Source: a virus
DNA length: 64,000 bases
Reading direction: 5' to 3' (one strand)
IMG/VR virus record: IMGVR_UViG_3300046535_001869
Location: 45,300-109,299 of that record
Shown here: one piece after another, positions 36,076 through 45,417 of the stretch
Layout of the letters: the number at the start of each line of letters is the position of its first letter
How positions within the stretch are numbered: the first letter of the stretch is position 1
Position numbers and translations under genes: made by a program
The notes under the pieces: generated by a model
Seen by the model: only the letters and a program-made list of their open reading frames with translations
Told to the model about the DNA's origin: nothing
Database searches by the model: none

Positions 36076-37646
36076 CTCGATGGGGGATCGCCGACGATCA
36101 GCTCGGCGATAGAGCGTTTTGCGCGGAGGGCCTCGATCACGTCGAGGTCGCGGGTTCCCTCGGCGACGAGGTCGACGACGTCGGTCCAGGCGTCCTGGTC
36201 CATCGACTCGGTCCGATCCTCGGTCTGGCGTCTTTCACGGAGGGAAAATTCGTTACTGTAGTAAATGGACAGGCGAGCGCGGGAGCAGTCGTGGCCGCGG
36301 CCCAGGCCGGACTTCTCGGTGGCGATCAGGCCGTCGAGTTGGCCGTCTTTGAAGGCGTGGTAGTAGCCCTCCCTCGTGTCGCGCGGCATCGAACCGTCGT
36401 AACGGCCGACCTTGAACTGGGCCTTGGTGAGGGCTACCGTGACGTCGGTTACGTCCTGGCGAAAGCGGCACCAGACGAGGAACGGCTTGCGGGTACGCTC
36501 GACCTCGCTGACGAGTGTCTCAAGCGCTGGGTTATGGGTATCGATCCGCTGGAGCTCGGTCTGCGCGACGGTCATGCCCAGGCCGTCGCACTGGGGACAC
36601 TCGGTGCCATCGTCGAGGAAGCCAGCGGTCTCGCAGTTGGTGCACGGGGTACCGGTGCGTTCGGGCGGGAAATATCCGCGGGCTACCATTTGTAATCGGG
36701 TCATGCGAGTCAAGACGTTGGCCACCGGGACGTCGCCGTCGCCGAGTTCGGCGACGTACTGGTCGCGCAGGCCGTCGTAGACCTTCTGCTGTTTCGGGGT
36801 CATCGTGAAGTAGCGGGTGGCGTACTCCTTGTTTGAGCCCTCGCGGCGGACGCGGTCGCTGAACGTGGACAGGCGTGCGAACAGCTCCTCTAGGTTCTGA
36901 TAACCGATCTTAACGTCGAAGTGGGTGTTGGTCCTGCGGTTGTAGCCCTTCTTGCGGGTGAACACGCCGGGGGCGATCTCCTCCTCCTCGTACTTGGTGT
37001 AGCGAGCGCGGAAGGCGGTAGCGGTGGTGAAGCCCAGGGCGCCGGGGCGGAGGAAATTCGTGGGGAAGTATAGATTGTCCGGCCCCTCGTCGGCCGGGGT
37101 ACCGGTCAGGAGACGACGCATCTTGACGTTCGGGGCGCGACCAAGGCGCAGAAGCATCTTGGTACGGGCGGACCATCTAGTCGCCCAGTCCTCGTCGACG
37201 ACGAGCATTGTCTTGCGGTTGCGGAGGATCGCTCGTAGAGCATACTCGCCGTCGTTGGTAGTAATCGCCTCGCAGTTCATCGTCAAGATCGCAGGGCCGG
37301 GGTGGATGGCCAGGGCGTCGATCGCGGCGCGGGCGGCCTTGGTTCCCATACGGCCGGGGCGCCAAGTCAGGAGGTTGGTCTTCTCGAGGAACTCCGGAGG
37401 AAGATCCTTCGGGGCCTCGTCGCGCCACACGAGGTGGACGTCGGAGGGGTAGGCGATCACCACGAGGGTGGTGACTCGGCCGAGATCGTAGTTGTAGCGG
37501 AACTGGTCGAAGATGGTTTTTGATTTACCAACGCGCGGGTCCCAGAAGTGAGCGTGGTACTCCGTGTCCTTGGCTCGCTCGAAGGCGGCGAGTTGAGCTG
37601 GACGTGGGGGGCGGTGGAAGGTGAAGGCGGATTTCTGGGGCGACAT
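36066..37646 (-). CDS. SNF2-like SF2 helicase with Zn-finger insertion
   Basis: RVGKSK, VVDE, LLTGTP, LVWCRF, GRGHD, QTEDR. Confidence 0.85.
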   Translation of the reverse strand: MSPQKSAFTFHRPPRPAQLAAFERAKDTEYHAHFWDPRVGKSKTIFDQFRYNYDLGRVTTLVVIAYPSDVHLVWRDEAPKDLPPEFLEKTNLLTWRPGRMGTKAARAAIDALAIHPGPAILTMNCEAITTNDGEYALRAILRNRKTMLVVDEDWATRWSARTKMLLRLGRAPNVKMRRLLTGTPADEGPDNLYFPTNFLRPGALGFTTATAFRARYTKYEEEEIAPGVFTRKKGYNRRTNTHFDVKIGYQNLEELFARLSTFSDRVRREGSNKEYATRYFTMTPKQQKVYDGLRDQYVAELGDGDVPVANVLTRMTRLQMVARGYFPPERTGTPCTNCETAGFLDDGTECPQCDGLGMTVAQTELQRIDTHNPALETLVSEVERTRKPFLVWCRFRQDVTDVTVALTKAQFKVGRYDGSMPRDTREGYYHAFKDGQLDGLIATEKSGLGRGHDCSRARLSIYYSNEFSLRERRQTEDRTESMDQDAWTDVVDLVAEGTRDLDVIEALRAKRSIAELIVGDPPSRWL

Positions 37647-37647
37647 G

Positions 37648-38013
37648 TTAGTGGATCTCTTGCGGTCTCTTCGGACAGCTCCATCGGTTCTTATGCTTAA
37701 CTGCCAGCCCTTCTCGACTTAAAGTCCAGAGCGTTCCTCGGACACTATTGGGTTTAAAGCCGGTCGCTTTAACTATCTCGTCCAACGTTAATCCCACGTT
37801 CGTCTCAACGATCATCTGCCTAATCGCCGGCTTAACACTACCAGATTTTGCACGACCGGATGACTCTTCATTAGGGTTTAGCGGAGTCAAGTCAGCGAGC
37901 TTCGTTTTCATTTCTGCTACTGCTGCATCATAGCCAAGTTCAAATGCCTTTTCAATCAAAGGTCTTAGAGTCTCTGACGAGGCTGAAATAATTTTATCCA
38001 AGTCTGCGCGCAT
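37648..38013 (-). CDS. Winged-helix DNA-binding protein
   Basis: LTLDEIVKATGFKPNSVRGTLWTL. Confidence 0.65.
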   Translation of the reverse strand: MRADLDKIISASSETLRPLIEKAFELGYDAAVAEMKTKLADLTPLNPNEESSGRAKSGSVKPAIRQMIVETNVGLTLDEIVKATGFKPNSVRGTLWTLSREGLAVKHKNRWSCPKRPQEIH

Positions 38014-38044
38014 GATATATCTCCCAGGAGCATTTGACGACAAC

Positions 38045-38073
38045 AATATATACGAAATGTGGCGAAAAGTAAA
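38045..38073 (-). promoter_or_regulatory. Phage promoter TTTACT-N17-TATATT
   Basis: TTTACTTTTCG family. Confidence 0.75.
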
Positions 38074-38082
38074 GTGTGGGGC

Positions 38083-40326
38083 TTAGAACGGGGTCTCGTC
38101 GTGATCGTTTTGTAAGTGGTTCGCGGTTGGAGCATCGTTATACGATACTTCAACTGTTCCGTCGATCGGATCACGGTAGACGTAGATATCTTTATGGCGA
38201 TCCTCCCAGGTATCGCCTTTGACAAAACACCGGGATGGTGGTCCTTTACCGGTGGCAATTCTTTGAACAACTCGCTCCCAGCCCAGCTCCAACATGGCCT
38301 CGGTCAGCCGTCCATTATCCGGGCTACCACGTTGATGTTCTGGTTTGTTAATAATTTTCCAAACGTCGTTAGATGTGATGCATCCGCATGGCGTGTCAAA
38401 GAGTTTCGGCAGTAGTATATCTGTCCATGGATCGCCTTGGCGGACCGCATCTTGCACGACGGCCGCCTCATCCCACAGTGTCGGGTCGAGGCGAATCGAA
38501 GTGCCTAGAGATTCTAGGTACGCTGCCTCAGCCCACAAGGCCTCTCGCGCCGCACGTAGCGCGGCGATATCAAAACGGAGGACGTAGATCGGCCAGAATC
38601 GCCTATTGGTGCGGTCGCGTAGGAAAGCGGTCGAATTTGTGGTTCCGAAGAAAACACATTGGCGCGGGGCGTTGGTTGGATGATGACCATAGGCGAGGCG
38701 CGCCCGATCTACCTGCCGGCTTAGAATTGATTTGATGGTCTCGACATCAGACTGATGAATACCTTGGAGCTCTGCACATTCGACGATCCAGCGGCCGGAG
38801 AGTTGCTCGATAGTTTTCTTCTCGTCGGCTTTGAGGGGAAAGCTGTCGGTAAACCAATCCTCATTCACCGCCAGGGTACTGAGCGCGAGTGACTTCTCCG
38901 TCCCTTGGATAGGGCTAATTAAAACCATCATTTCATCAAACTTACAACCAGGGTTGCGGACGCGGCGGACAGCAGCCAGGAGTATAAGGCGGGACGTGGC
39001 CCTAATAAACGGGGTATCCTTAGCCCCAGCAAAGCGAATAAGCCATTCCTCGGTTAAATTCTGGGTAGTGCTGGGGTCGTGTAGGGGAAGGGCGTTAAAA
39101 TAGTCTAGGACTGGATGGTAGGCCGCCTGACGGGCGATGGTTGATGTAGTGATGTTTAAGATATCGCGGGTTGGCAGAAATCCGAATCTTTCATACGTAT
39201 TCACCCGGATCTCGGCCTCTGTTGGATCATCGAGACAACGTGCCGGGCCTACGCCGTTAACATAGGAGCGGTCCTGGAAAACGTTGTGACTTAATTTGAT
39301 TCCCATATCGTTGAGCGCCTTGCGAACGTTCTTGGGCGATAGTGGGTCGATACTACCGTGCGATGTCCTTTCCCAGTCGATTGCAACTACATGGCGGGCG
39401 CGCTCTACTTGGCGGCGGGCGACCGCTGTTGGATTTGGTTGAGATAGGCAATGTGCTGCAATCCCACACGATGGATCAATTAGGATGGGGATGATATCGC
39501 CATCAGGCCAACCACGTCGTATCAGCGCTGTTACTACGGCGAACACTAGACGGGAACGGTCATCATTGTAGTCAGATGCATCACCAGTTTTTATGGCCTT
39601 CTGAAGTTTTACGGGAAGGCTACCAACCGATGGGTGCACCTTTTCATCATCGGCCGTATGCGCACCCTCGGGAAGATGGGGGACTGGATCACTCTCGTAT
39701 GACCATGTTCGGTCCCAATTTGTTTCAACGATAGCCGCTAATGCCGGAACACGGCCGCGGGCCAGCTTGGCGCTGGAGGGAAGATTGATGGTACCGGGAA
39801 GCCTCATCAGCCGGTTGATGTTCTGGACCGCATCCGAACCCAGGTCCCGTGCGATCGCCTTTCCTGAGGCCTCGATACGCTCGAGGTTATTATCCTCGTG
39901 AGCAATTAGCGGACCGGCGAATCGCCAAAACGCCTGGTAACCACCGCCAGAGAATATAATAGCGGTCGGTGGTGGCTCGAGGAGCTTTAACCGCGATAGG
40001 AGACGTGTGAAGTTTTCCTCGGTTGGCAGAGAGAAAGGTCCGGACTTTGGTAAGTCCAGGTCGACATAGATTGCCCAAATAGCTTTGATCTGATCTTTGG
40101 TTGGTGTAGTTCTTGGCGCGCCCTCGATGATGTTTGGGACAAAATACAGGTTGACGATACCGTTTCGGTCGTCAAGATATTCTTGTAGCGGCTGTTCTTC
40201 AGTGAATCGACGGGCTGGTACTAGAGGGTTCTCGACGGAGGGATCGATCTCGACTACGAGCCAGGGGCCACTAGGACCGTGCCAGGCCTTTAGCCATTTG
40301 ACGGCTGTCTGGGTGTCTGGTGCCAT
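38083..40326 (-). CDS. Primase (RepB-like AEP) fused to VapE/VirE-like ATPase
   Basis: YVDLD, SGGGYQAFW, RLMRLPGTIN; PGCKFD, QGTEKS, ECAEL, FGTTN, NRRFWP. Confidence 0.85.
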   Translation of the reverse strand: MAPDTQTAVKWLKAWHGPSGPWLVVEIDPSVENPLVPARRFTEEQPLQEYLDDRNGIVNLYFVPNIIEGAPRTTPTKDQIKAIWAIYVDLDLPKSGPFSLPTEENFTRLLSRLKLLEPPPTAIIFSGGGYQAFWRFAGPLIAHEDNNLERIEASGKAIARDLGSDAVQNINRLMRLPGTINLPSSAKLARGRVPALAAIVETNWDRTWSYESDPVPHLPEGAHTADDEKVHPSVGSLPVKLQKAIKTGDASDYNDDRSRLVFAVVTALIRRGWPDGDIIPILIDPSCGIAAHCLSQPNPTAVARRQVERARHVVAIDWERTSHGSIDPLSPKNVRKALNDMGIKLSHNVFQDRSYVNGVGPARCLDDPTEAEIRVNTYERFGFLPTRDILNITTSTIARQAAYHPVLDYFNALPLHDPSTTQNLTEEWLIRFAGAKDTPFIRATSRLILLAAVRRVRNPGCKFDEMMVLISPIQGTEKSLALSTLAVNEDWFTDSFPLKADEKKTIEQLSGRWIVECAELQGIHQSDVETIKSILSRQVDRARLAYGHHPTNAPRQCVFFGTTNSTAFLRDRTNRRFWPIYVLRFDIAALRAAREALWAEAAYLESLGTSIRLDPTLWDEAAVVQDAVRQGDPWTDILLPKLFDTPCGCITSNDVWKIINKPEHQRGSPDNGRLTEAMLELGWERVVQRIATGKGPPSRCFVKGDTWEDRHKDIYVYRDPIDGTVEVSYNDAPTANHLQNDHDETPF

Positions 40327-40344
40327 TTGCGGATTTCTTTCGCA

Positions 40345-40674
40345 TTAACTGTTGACTATCTCCATCTCCTCTGGTGGTTGCGCGGGTTGCGCCGGTACTG
40401 GTAGCAGGCGCCACCGCCGGCCAAAACGTGAAAATCTGTAAATGTCGTAAGTTTTGTCTTCTTTCTGCGACAAAATAAACCGGTTTTCGTTCTTTGATAA
40501 CCAGACCGCGAGAGCATCCGGATGCGGGTGTTCTCGCTCCATGTCCACGACTGTGATAATAGTTGATAGAAAGTCTGGGCGATGATCGATACCGTAATCA
40601 AGAACGGTACGGGGGCTTACCGGCGTTTGACCAAACGCCTCAATCCAGGTTTTAATAAAGATTTCTTCCAGCAT
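40345..40674 (-). CDS. Hypothetical protein (probable start MLEEIF)
   Basis: GGGGAG RBS; first gene of the left arm. Confidence 0.55.
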   Translation of the reverse strand: MLEEIFIKTWIEAFGQTPVSPRTVLDYGIDHRPDFLSTIITVVDMEREHPHPDALAVWLSKNENRFILSQKEDKTYDIYRFSRFGRRWRLLPVPAQPAQPPEEMEIVNS

Positions 40675-40775
40675 TTTTTTGAATCTCCCCTGGTTTGACA
40701 AAAGGTACGGTTGTGTACAATACACCACCCAAATTAAAGATTACTAGAGAAAAATTATTTTGTTTTTGTTGGTTC

Positions 40776-41060
40776 GACTAGTGTAACAGGTGTAACATGT
40801 CCGAAAATAAAATTTAAAATGTTACACCTGTTACGGTGGAATGGGCGCTAAGTTATTGAAATCATATGTTACACTGGGGGTGTTACGGTGGGTACCCCCT
40901 ACTGGTACACCCTTATTTTTTTTACATACTTTGGGGCTAACATTGCCTCGGTTGTATTGGTTTTGCTGTAACAGGTGTAACATCATAAAAATAACATAGT
41001 AATAATAATAGGTTAAGTCTTGTTACATGGGGTTTTGTGACTAGTGTAACAGGTGTAACA
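40776..41060. repeat. Putative replication origin with TGTAACAGGTGTAACA iterons
   Basis: Direct copies at 40782, 40967 and 41045, inverted copy at 40820, half-sites at 40867, 40881 and 41021; strongly AT-rich. Confidence 0.7.
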
Positions 41061-41142
41061 ATCATAAAATTTATGAAATAGAGTGTCGGTCGTTTTGTTT
41101 CCACTTGACAGCACCGCTCTGGGTGAATGAGACTCTCGCTTC

Positions 41143-41751
41143 ATGATAGATCTTGATCTACCGTGGCGCGCTCTTGGTATTCAGCCCAGATCCGAGATTG
41201 CTGTATCGGGATTCATTAGTGATCTCGATTTTATTTGTTATTGTCCGAGTTATAAGATGGTCATGGTTCACCGTGGTAAGAAACGCGAAACAGTTGTTCC
41301 GTTTATTCATTCTTATATTTTTGTCAGATTTGGCTTTGATGCTATAACGTGGCATCAGATGATGAATATTGTTGGGGTCAATCGGATACTTCTTGGTCGA
41401 GTTGCTGAGGAGGAAATTTTGCAGTTGCGTCATCAGGTTGGTGATGGAACTGGGGTGCTCAGTTATGAGGTGAGAAAGATTTTTCGGAGGATTAATGTCG
41501 GCGATCGAATAACCCTGTGCAATGGGGTATTCGCAGGAACAGATGGCGTTGTCGAAACTGTCGATGATGAGCTCCAGGTCGGGGGTATAAATATCTCTTT
41601 ACTTGGTCGAGAGATCGTGGTAAACCAACCTCTGGCTTGGTGTGAGAAGAGTGCTCCGGCCACTGATGGTGGACCTGGAACCCGCTCCCGTAAGCGCCAT
41701 AGGAATGGTCGTTTACGAAGTCCTTATGTGAATCTTGGTTCACAGGCTTAA
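41143..41751 (+). CDS. NusG-family transcription antiterminator (NGN + KOW)
   Basis: PFIHSYIFVRF, IVGVNRIL, VGDRITLCNGVFAGTDGVV, ISLLGRE. Confidence 0.8.
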   Translation: MIDLDLPWRALGIQPRSEIAVSGFISDLDFICYCPSYKMVMVHRGKKRETVVPFIHSYIFVRFGFDAITWHQMMNIVGVNRILLGRVAEEEILQLRHQVGDGTGVLSYEVRKIFRRINVGDRITLCNGVFAGTDGVVETVDDELQVGGINISLLGREIVVNQPLAWCEKSAPATDGGPGTRSRKRHRNGRLRSPYVNLGSQA

Positions 41752-41760
41752 CATCACCTC

Positions 41761-42666
41761 ATGGCAAAGTTTCCGGACCCTCGGCGGAAGTATAAGCGGG
41801 CTTTCCGACCGCCATCGGCTCCCAGCCCGCGACCATATCGACCGCCGCTCACGCCGCAGCATCTTCGATTCGTCGATGAGTATACGCTGAGCCATGACCT
41901 TGCGATCGCAAGTAAAGCGTCCGGGGTTGATTTCGAGACTGGTAAGTCGCTATTTGCTAAACCGATAATCCAAGCGGCGATTCAGATCGCAAAGCAGCGG
42001 TCGATGCGCCGAACCGAGATCTACACTGATGAGGTCCTCCGTCGCTGGTGGCTCCTCGCTACGGCTGATGCGCGTGAGTTTACGCAGATTCGTCGAGTCA
42101 ACTGTCGCCGCTGTTGGGGTCGAAATCATCAGTATCAGTTCCGCGATAACGAATTAATCGAGGCTGAACTGGAGCATGAGCATACTCAAATTCAACTTGA
42201 CGAAAAACAACGCTATGAATTCAACGATTTAGGTGGTGGAGGTTTTGATGGATTCAAAGATCCTTGCCGAGGTCCGAAGGCGGTATCGCGTCTTTTAAGT
42301 CTCGGTGTTGATGTTGAAGCAACATCTGAGCATGATTGCCCAGCATGCGACGGCCTTGGCGAAGTCACAGTGTGGGTCAATGATTCGCGTAATTATTCGC
42401 CGGGTGCTGTGCTGCTTTACGATGGAGTGAAGGTTTCAAAAGAAGGTTCAGTCGAGATCAAGCATCGCGACCGCGATGAGGCGATGAAGATGGTAGCCCA
42501 GCACCTTGGGATGCTCGTGACCCGCAACGTCAACCTCGAACTGGACCCGACGAAGCTCACCGATGAACAGCTCGATCAGGTCCTTGAACGGTTCGGCCAC
42601 CTCGCGGGACGCGAAGATGGCCCTCTTCTTGAGCATGCTCCAGCGGGAGAAGACGCGGCGGGTTGA
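41761..42666 (+). CDS. Terminase small subunit with Zn-finger insertion
   Basis: LTPQHLRFVDEY...; RRVNCRRCWG...CPACDGLG; LYDGVK; immediately before terL. Confidence 0.8.
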   Translation: MAKFPDPRRKYKRAFRPPSAPSPRPYRPPLTPQHLRFVDEYTLSHDLAIASKASGVDFETGKSLFAKPIIQAAIQIAKQRSMRRTEIYTDEVLRRWWLLATADAREFTQIRRVNCRRCWGRNHQYQFRDNELIEAELEHEHTQIQLDEKQRYEFNDLGGGGFDGFKDPCRGPKAVSRLLSLGVDVEATSEHDCPACDGLGEVTVWVNDSRNYSPGAVLLYDGVKVSKEGSVEIKHRDRDEAMKMVAQHLGMLVTRNVNLELDPTKLTDEQLDQVLERFGHLAGREDGPLLEHAPAGEDAAG

Positions 42667-44152
42667 GGGGAGGCCGCTGCCGAATCTAGACCAAAATTGG
42701 GCTAGATCCTACGCCGGCCGCGCATCAGACTTCATCGGGGAGTTGATAGGCCCGCCCTGGCTAACCGATGACTGGTTGGCCTGGCGAGCTTTTATTAAGA
42801 CGTTATTTGGCGAATACTTGTACGATGAAGAACTGCAAGTATACCGCAAATGTACGGGCCTAGATGGTCCACCCCTTGGGCGCCAGCGCGAGGCGTGGCT
42901 GCCGGTCGGGCGTCGCGGCGGGAAGAGCCGGATGCTCGCTGCTATAGCGGTTCATCTCGGTTGCTGCTATGATTGGACACAGTATCTCTCCCCCGGAGAG
43001 ATGGGCCACGTGTTTATCGTTGCGGATCAATTGAAGCATACAACGCCGATTCTCCACTACGTCAAGGGCTTCCTGTTCAGCCACCCGAAACTCACGAAGC
43101 TAGTCGCGAAGCCTCTTGTCGAGTCTGTTGAGCTAATAGGCCAGATTAAGATCGAGGGTGTGGCAGCCTCGATCGAGGCAGTGCGGTCGAAAACAGTCGT
43201 CGCGGCGCTTCTTGATGAGATCGCGTTCTGGCAGCCGGATGAGACGCAGGCCAACCCGGACGTCGAGGTCATAAATGCCCTCCGTCCGGCGATGCTGACG
43301 ATCCCGAACGCTACCCAGCTCGCCGCCTCCTCGCGCTACGCGCGCAAGGGTGCGCTGTGGAACGCCTTCCGTGATTACCACGGCCGTGCCGAAGGTCCGC
43401 TGGTCTGGTCGGCCGACACCGTGACGATGCACCCGAGCGTTGACCAGGATTTCATCGCGGCGGAGTACGAGAAGGACCCGCTGGCCGCCGCGGCCGAGTA
43501 CGGCTTGGAGTGGCGCTCCGACGTCGCAGCGTTCGTCACGAGGGAGATCGTCGAGGCGACGGTCCCAGTTGGCGTCTTCGAGCGTGTGCCCCAGCCCGGC
43601 GTCGTCTACAAGGCGTTCACCGATCCTTCTGGTGGGTCGGCCGATTCGTTCACGCTGGCCATCGGCCACAAGGACTGGGCGACGGGCCGGGGGATACTAG
43701 ACGTGGTGCGCGAGGTAAGGCCTCCGTTCGGCCCCGAGTCGGTCGTGGGGGAGTTTGCGGAGCTGCTACGGTCGTACCGGATCGGCGAGGTGATGGGAGA
43801 TCACTATGCGGGTGAATGGCCTCGAGAGCAGTTCCGCAAGGTCGGGATCAATTACAACCTCTCCGAGGACGCAAAGTCCAGGATCTACCAGGGGTGGCTA
43901 CCCCTACTCAATAGCGGTAAAGTTGAGCTCCTCGACCTTCCACGTCTCGTGCTACAGGCCTGCGGTCTCGAACGAAGGACGAGCCGCGTCGGTAAGGATA
44001 CGATCGATCACGCCCCCGGCGGCCACGACGACGTGGTCAACGCCGTGGCCGGTGTGCTACGGCTTGTGACGGACATCGCTCAGCCGATCGTCGTCTCGAA
44101 CGAGGCGCTGATGATGAGCCGGGCGCGGGCGGCTGGGGGGATGAGGCGTTAG
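42617..44152 (+). CDS. Terminase large subunit
   Basis: GRRGGKS Walker A, LLDEIAFW Walker B, FTDPSGG nuclease, HDDVVNA. Confidence 0.88.
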   Translation: MALFLSMLQREKTRRVEGRPLPNLDQNWARSYAGRASDFIGELIGPPWLTDDWLAWRAFIKTLFGEYLYDEELQVYRKCTGLDGPPLGRQREAWLPVGRRGGKSRMLAAIAVHLGCCYDWTQYLSPGEMGHVFIVADQLKHTTPILHYVKGFLFSHPKLTKLVAKPLVESVELIGQIKIEGVAASIEAVRSKTVVAALLDEIAFWQPDETQANPDVEVINALRPAMLTIPNATQLAASSRYARKGALWNAFRDYHGRAEGPLVWSADTVTMHPSVDQDFIAAEYEKDPLAAAAEYGLEWRSDVAAFVTREIVEATVPVGVFERVPQPGVVYKAFTDPSGGSADSFTLAIGHKDWATGRGILDVVREVRPPFGPESVVGEFAELLRSYRIGEVMGDHYAGEWPREQFRKVGINYNLSEDAKSRIYQGWLPLLNSGKVELLDLPRLVLQACGLERRTSRVGKDTIDHAPGGHDDVVNAVAGVLRLVTDIAQPIVVSNEALMMSRARAAGGMRR

Positions 44153-44359
44153 CTACGACGCTCTGTACCGAGCTGGATCCTTCCAGTCGGCGGCGTCGGC
44201 GCAACCCGCGAGGTATTCCTGCGCAGCGTCATCGGCTGAGGTATCAGTCTCGATGCCTGGATTATCGATGACGAAGCGAGCAGCCTCGGTCAGAGGATTA
44301 GGTAGACCGGCCTCCGAGAGGTAGGTCGCTAGGCGAAGAATGAAATTGTCGGTGGTCAT
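44153..44359 (-). CDS. Hypothetical protein (reverse-oriented insert)
   Basis: Start MTTDNF, coupled to 44356-44598. Confidence 0.55.
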   Translation of the reverse strand: MTTDNFILRLATYLSEAGLPNPLTEAARFVIDNPGIETDTSADDAAQEYLAGCADAADWKDPARYRAS

Positions 44360-44598
44360 TTCCGCAACTGAGGGTAATAACCGCGCCAATCGTCGGCGCA
44401 CAGCTTAGCGGTCGAGAGAGCCGACTGCCAGTATTCATCCGAGTACCATTCGCCGCCAGTTTCGTTCATCGTGTCCCCGGCGTTGGTCTCGGCGCTGCAT
44501 TCGATGTGCCAACGCAGATCACCGTAGTTGTCGCGACCGGCGATTGAGGTATCGATCGCTGCGATGAAGTTCTGGTAGGCTCGTTCTGCGTTGGTCAT
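44356..44598 (-). CDS. Hypothetical protein (reverse-oriented insert)
   Basis: Own promoter and CCGAGGAACTGCCTCATG RBS. Confidence 0.65.
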   Translation of the reverse strand: MTNAERAYQNFIAAIDTSIAGRDNYGDLRWHIECSAETNAGDTMNETGGEWYSDEYWQSALSTAKLCADDWRGYYPQLRK

Positions 44599-44625
44599 GA
44601 GGCAGTTCCTCGGTTAGTAAGGACG

Positions 44626-44654
44626 ATTATCGCCCGTCCGCGCACGAAAGTAAA
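44626..44654 (-). promoter_or_regulatory. Phage promoter TTTACT-N17-GATAAT
   Basis: Same family as the early-arm promoters. Confidence 0.7.
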
Positions 44655-44682
44655 CTACTTTTTCTCCAAATCGCGCAGAAAA

Positions 44683-45417
44683 ATGGAGACAGCGACGCCC
44701 CTTTTAGACACCCTCCGCCGCGACGGCATCGCCCGCGTCTACCCGCCCCTCGGCGCCGGCCCGGCGGCCGAGCTCGCCGCGTACCTGCGCGCCGCGCCGT
44801 GCTACCCGGGCCACGTGCGCGTGTACGGCGACGGGGTCGCGCGGTCGTGGGATGTTACCTCGGAGATATGTGACGTCTGGTGCCATTCCTTGGAGACGAT
44901 CGTCCTGGCGCCCCATCTCTGGGACCTGGCGATTGGCCTCCTCCCGGCCGCCGCGCGGTACCTCGACGCCCCACCACGGCTCTATTCGATGAATGCCTTC
45001 TGGTCGCGCGCGTCCGCTACCGAGCCGATGCTTGACCTCCAGACCTGGCATCGCGACCGCGACGACGATAAGTTCCTCGCGCTGTTCGTCTACGGGACCG
45101 ACGTGCTATGCGAGGAGGACGGACCGCACCGGTTTATGATCGGGACCCACGACCCGAAGTGCGTGATGGCGAACTACGGACCTCCGGTCTTCGGCCCTGC
45201 CGGCACGACCTTTCTCGCCGACACGCGCGGCCTTCACATGGGGGTGAAACCAACGAGCCGCGAGCCACGCCTAATCGTCTGGGCGCGTTACGGCATCTCC
45301 GAGCGCCCGTGGGCCTACGGGCAGGATCAACTGGCGCCGGTCGCGGCAGCGCGACTCGGGGATCGCTATCCACCGGACGCGGCGACGCGGAAGATGGTGG
45401 AGCTCGTCGCGGCGTGA
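44683..45417 (+). CDS. PhyH-like 2-oxoglutarate/Fe(II) dioxygenase
   Basis: WHRD (HxD), LFVYGTDV..DGPH, GPAGT..DTRGLHMG, downstream Arg. Confidence 0.75.
   Translation: METATPLLDTLRRDGIARVYPPLGAGPAAELAAYLRAAPCYPGHVRVYGDGVARSWDVTSEICDVWCHSLETIVLAPHLWDLAIGLLPAAARYLDAPPRLYSMNAFWSRASATEPMLDLQTWHRDRDDDKFLALFVYGTDVLCEEDGPHRFMIGTHDPKCVMANYGPPVFGPAGTTFLADTRGLHMGVKPTSREPRLIVWARYGISERPWAYGQDQLAPVAAARLGDRYPPDAATRKMVELVAA

Noticed and set aside
40776-41060. Repeats as a CRISPR array
   Set aside because: Mixed orientation, irregular spacing, short units and no cas genes
45108-45413. N-terminal extension of the portal ORF
   Set aside because: Overlaps the dioxygenase gene out of frame; the GTG at 45414 coupled to its stop is the better start
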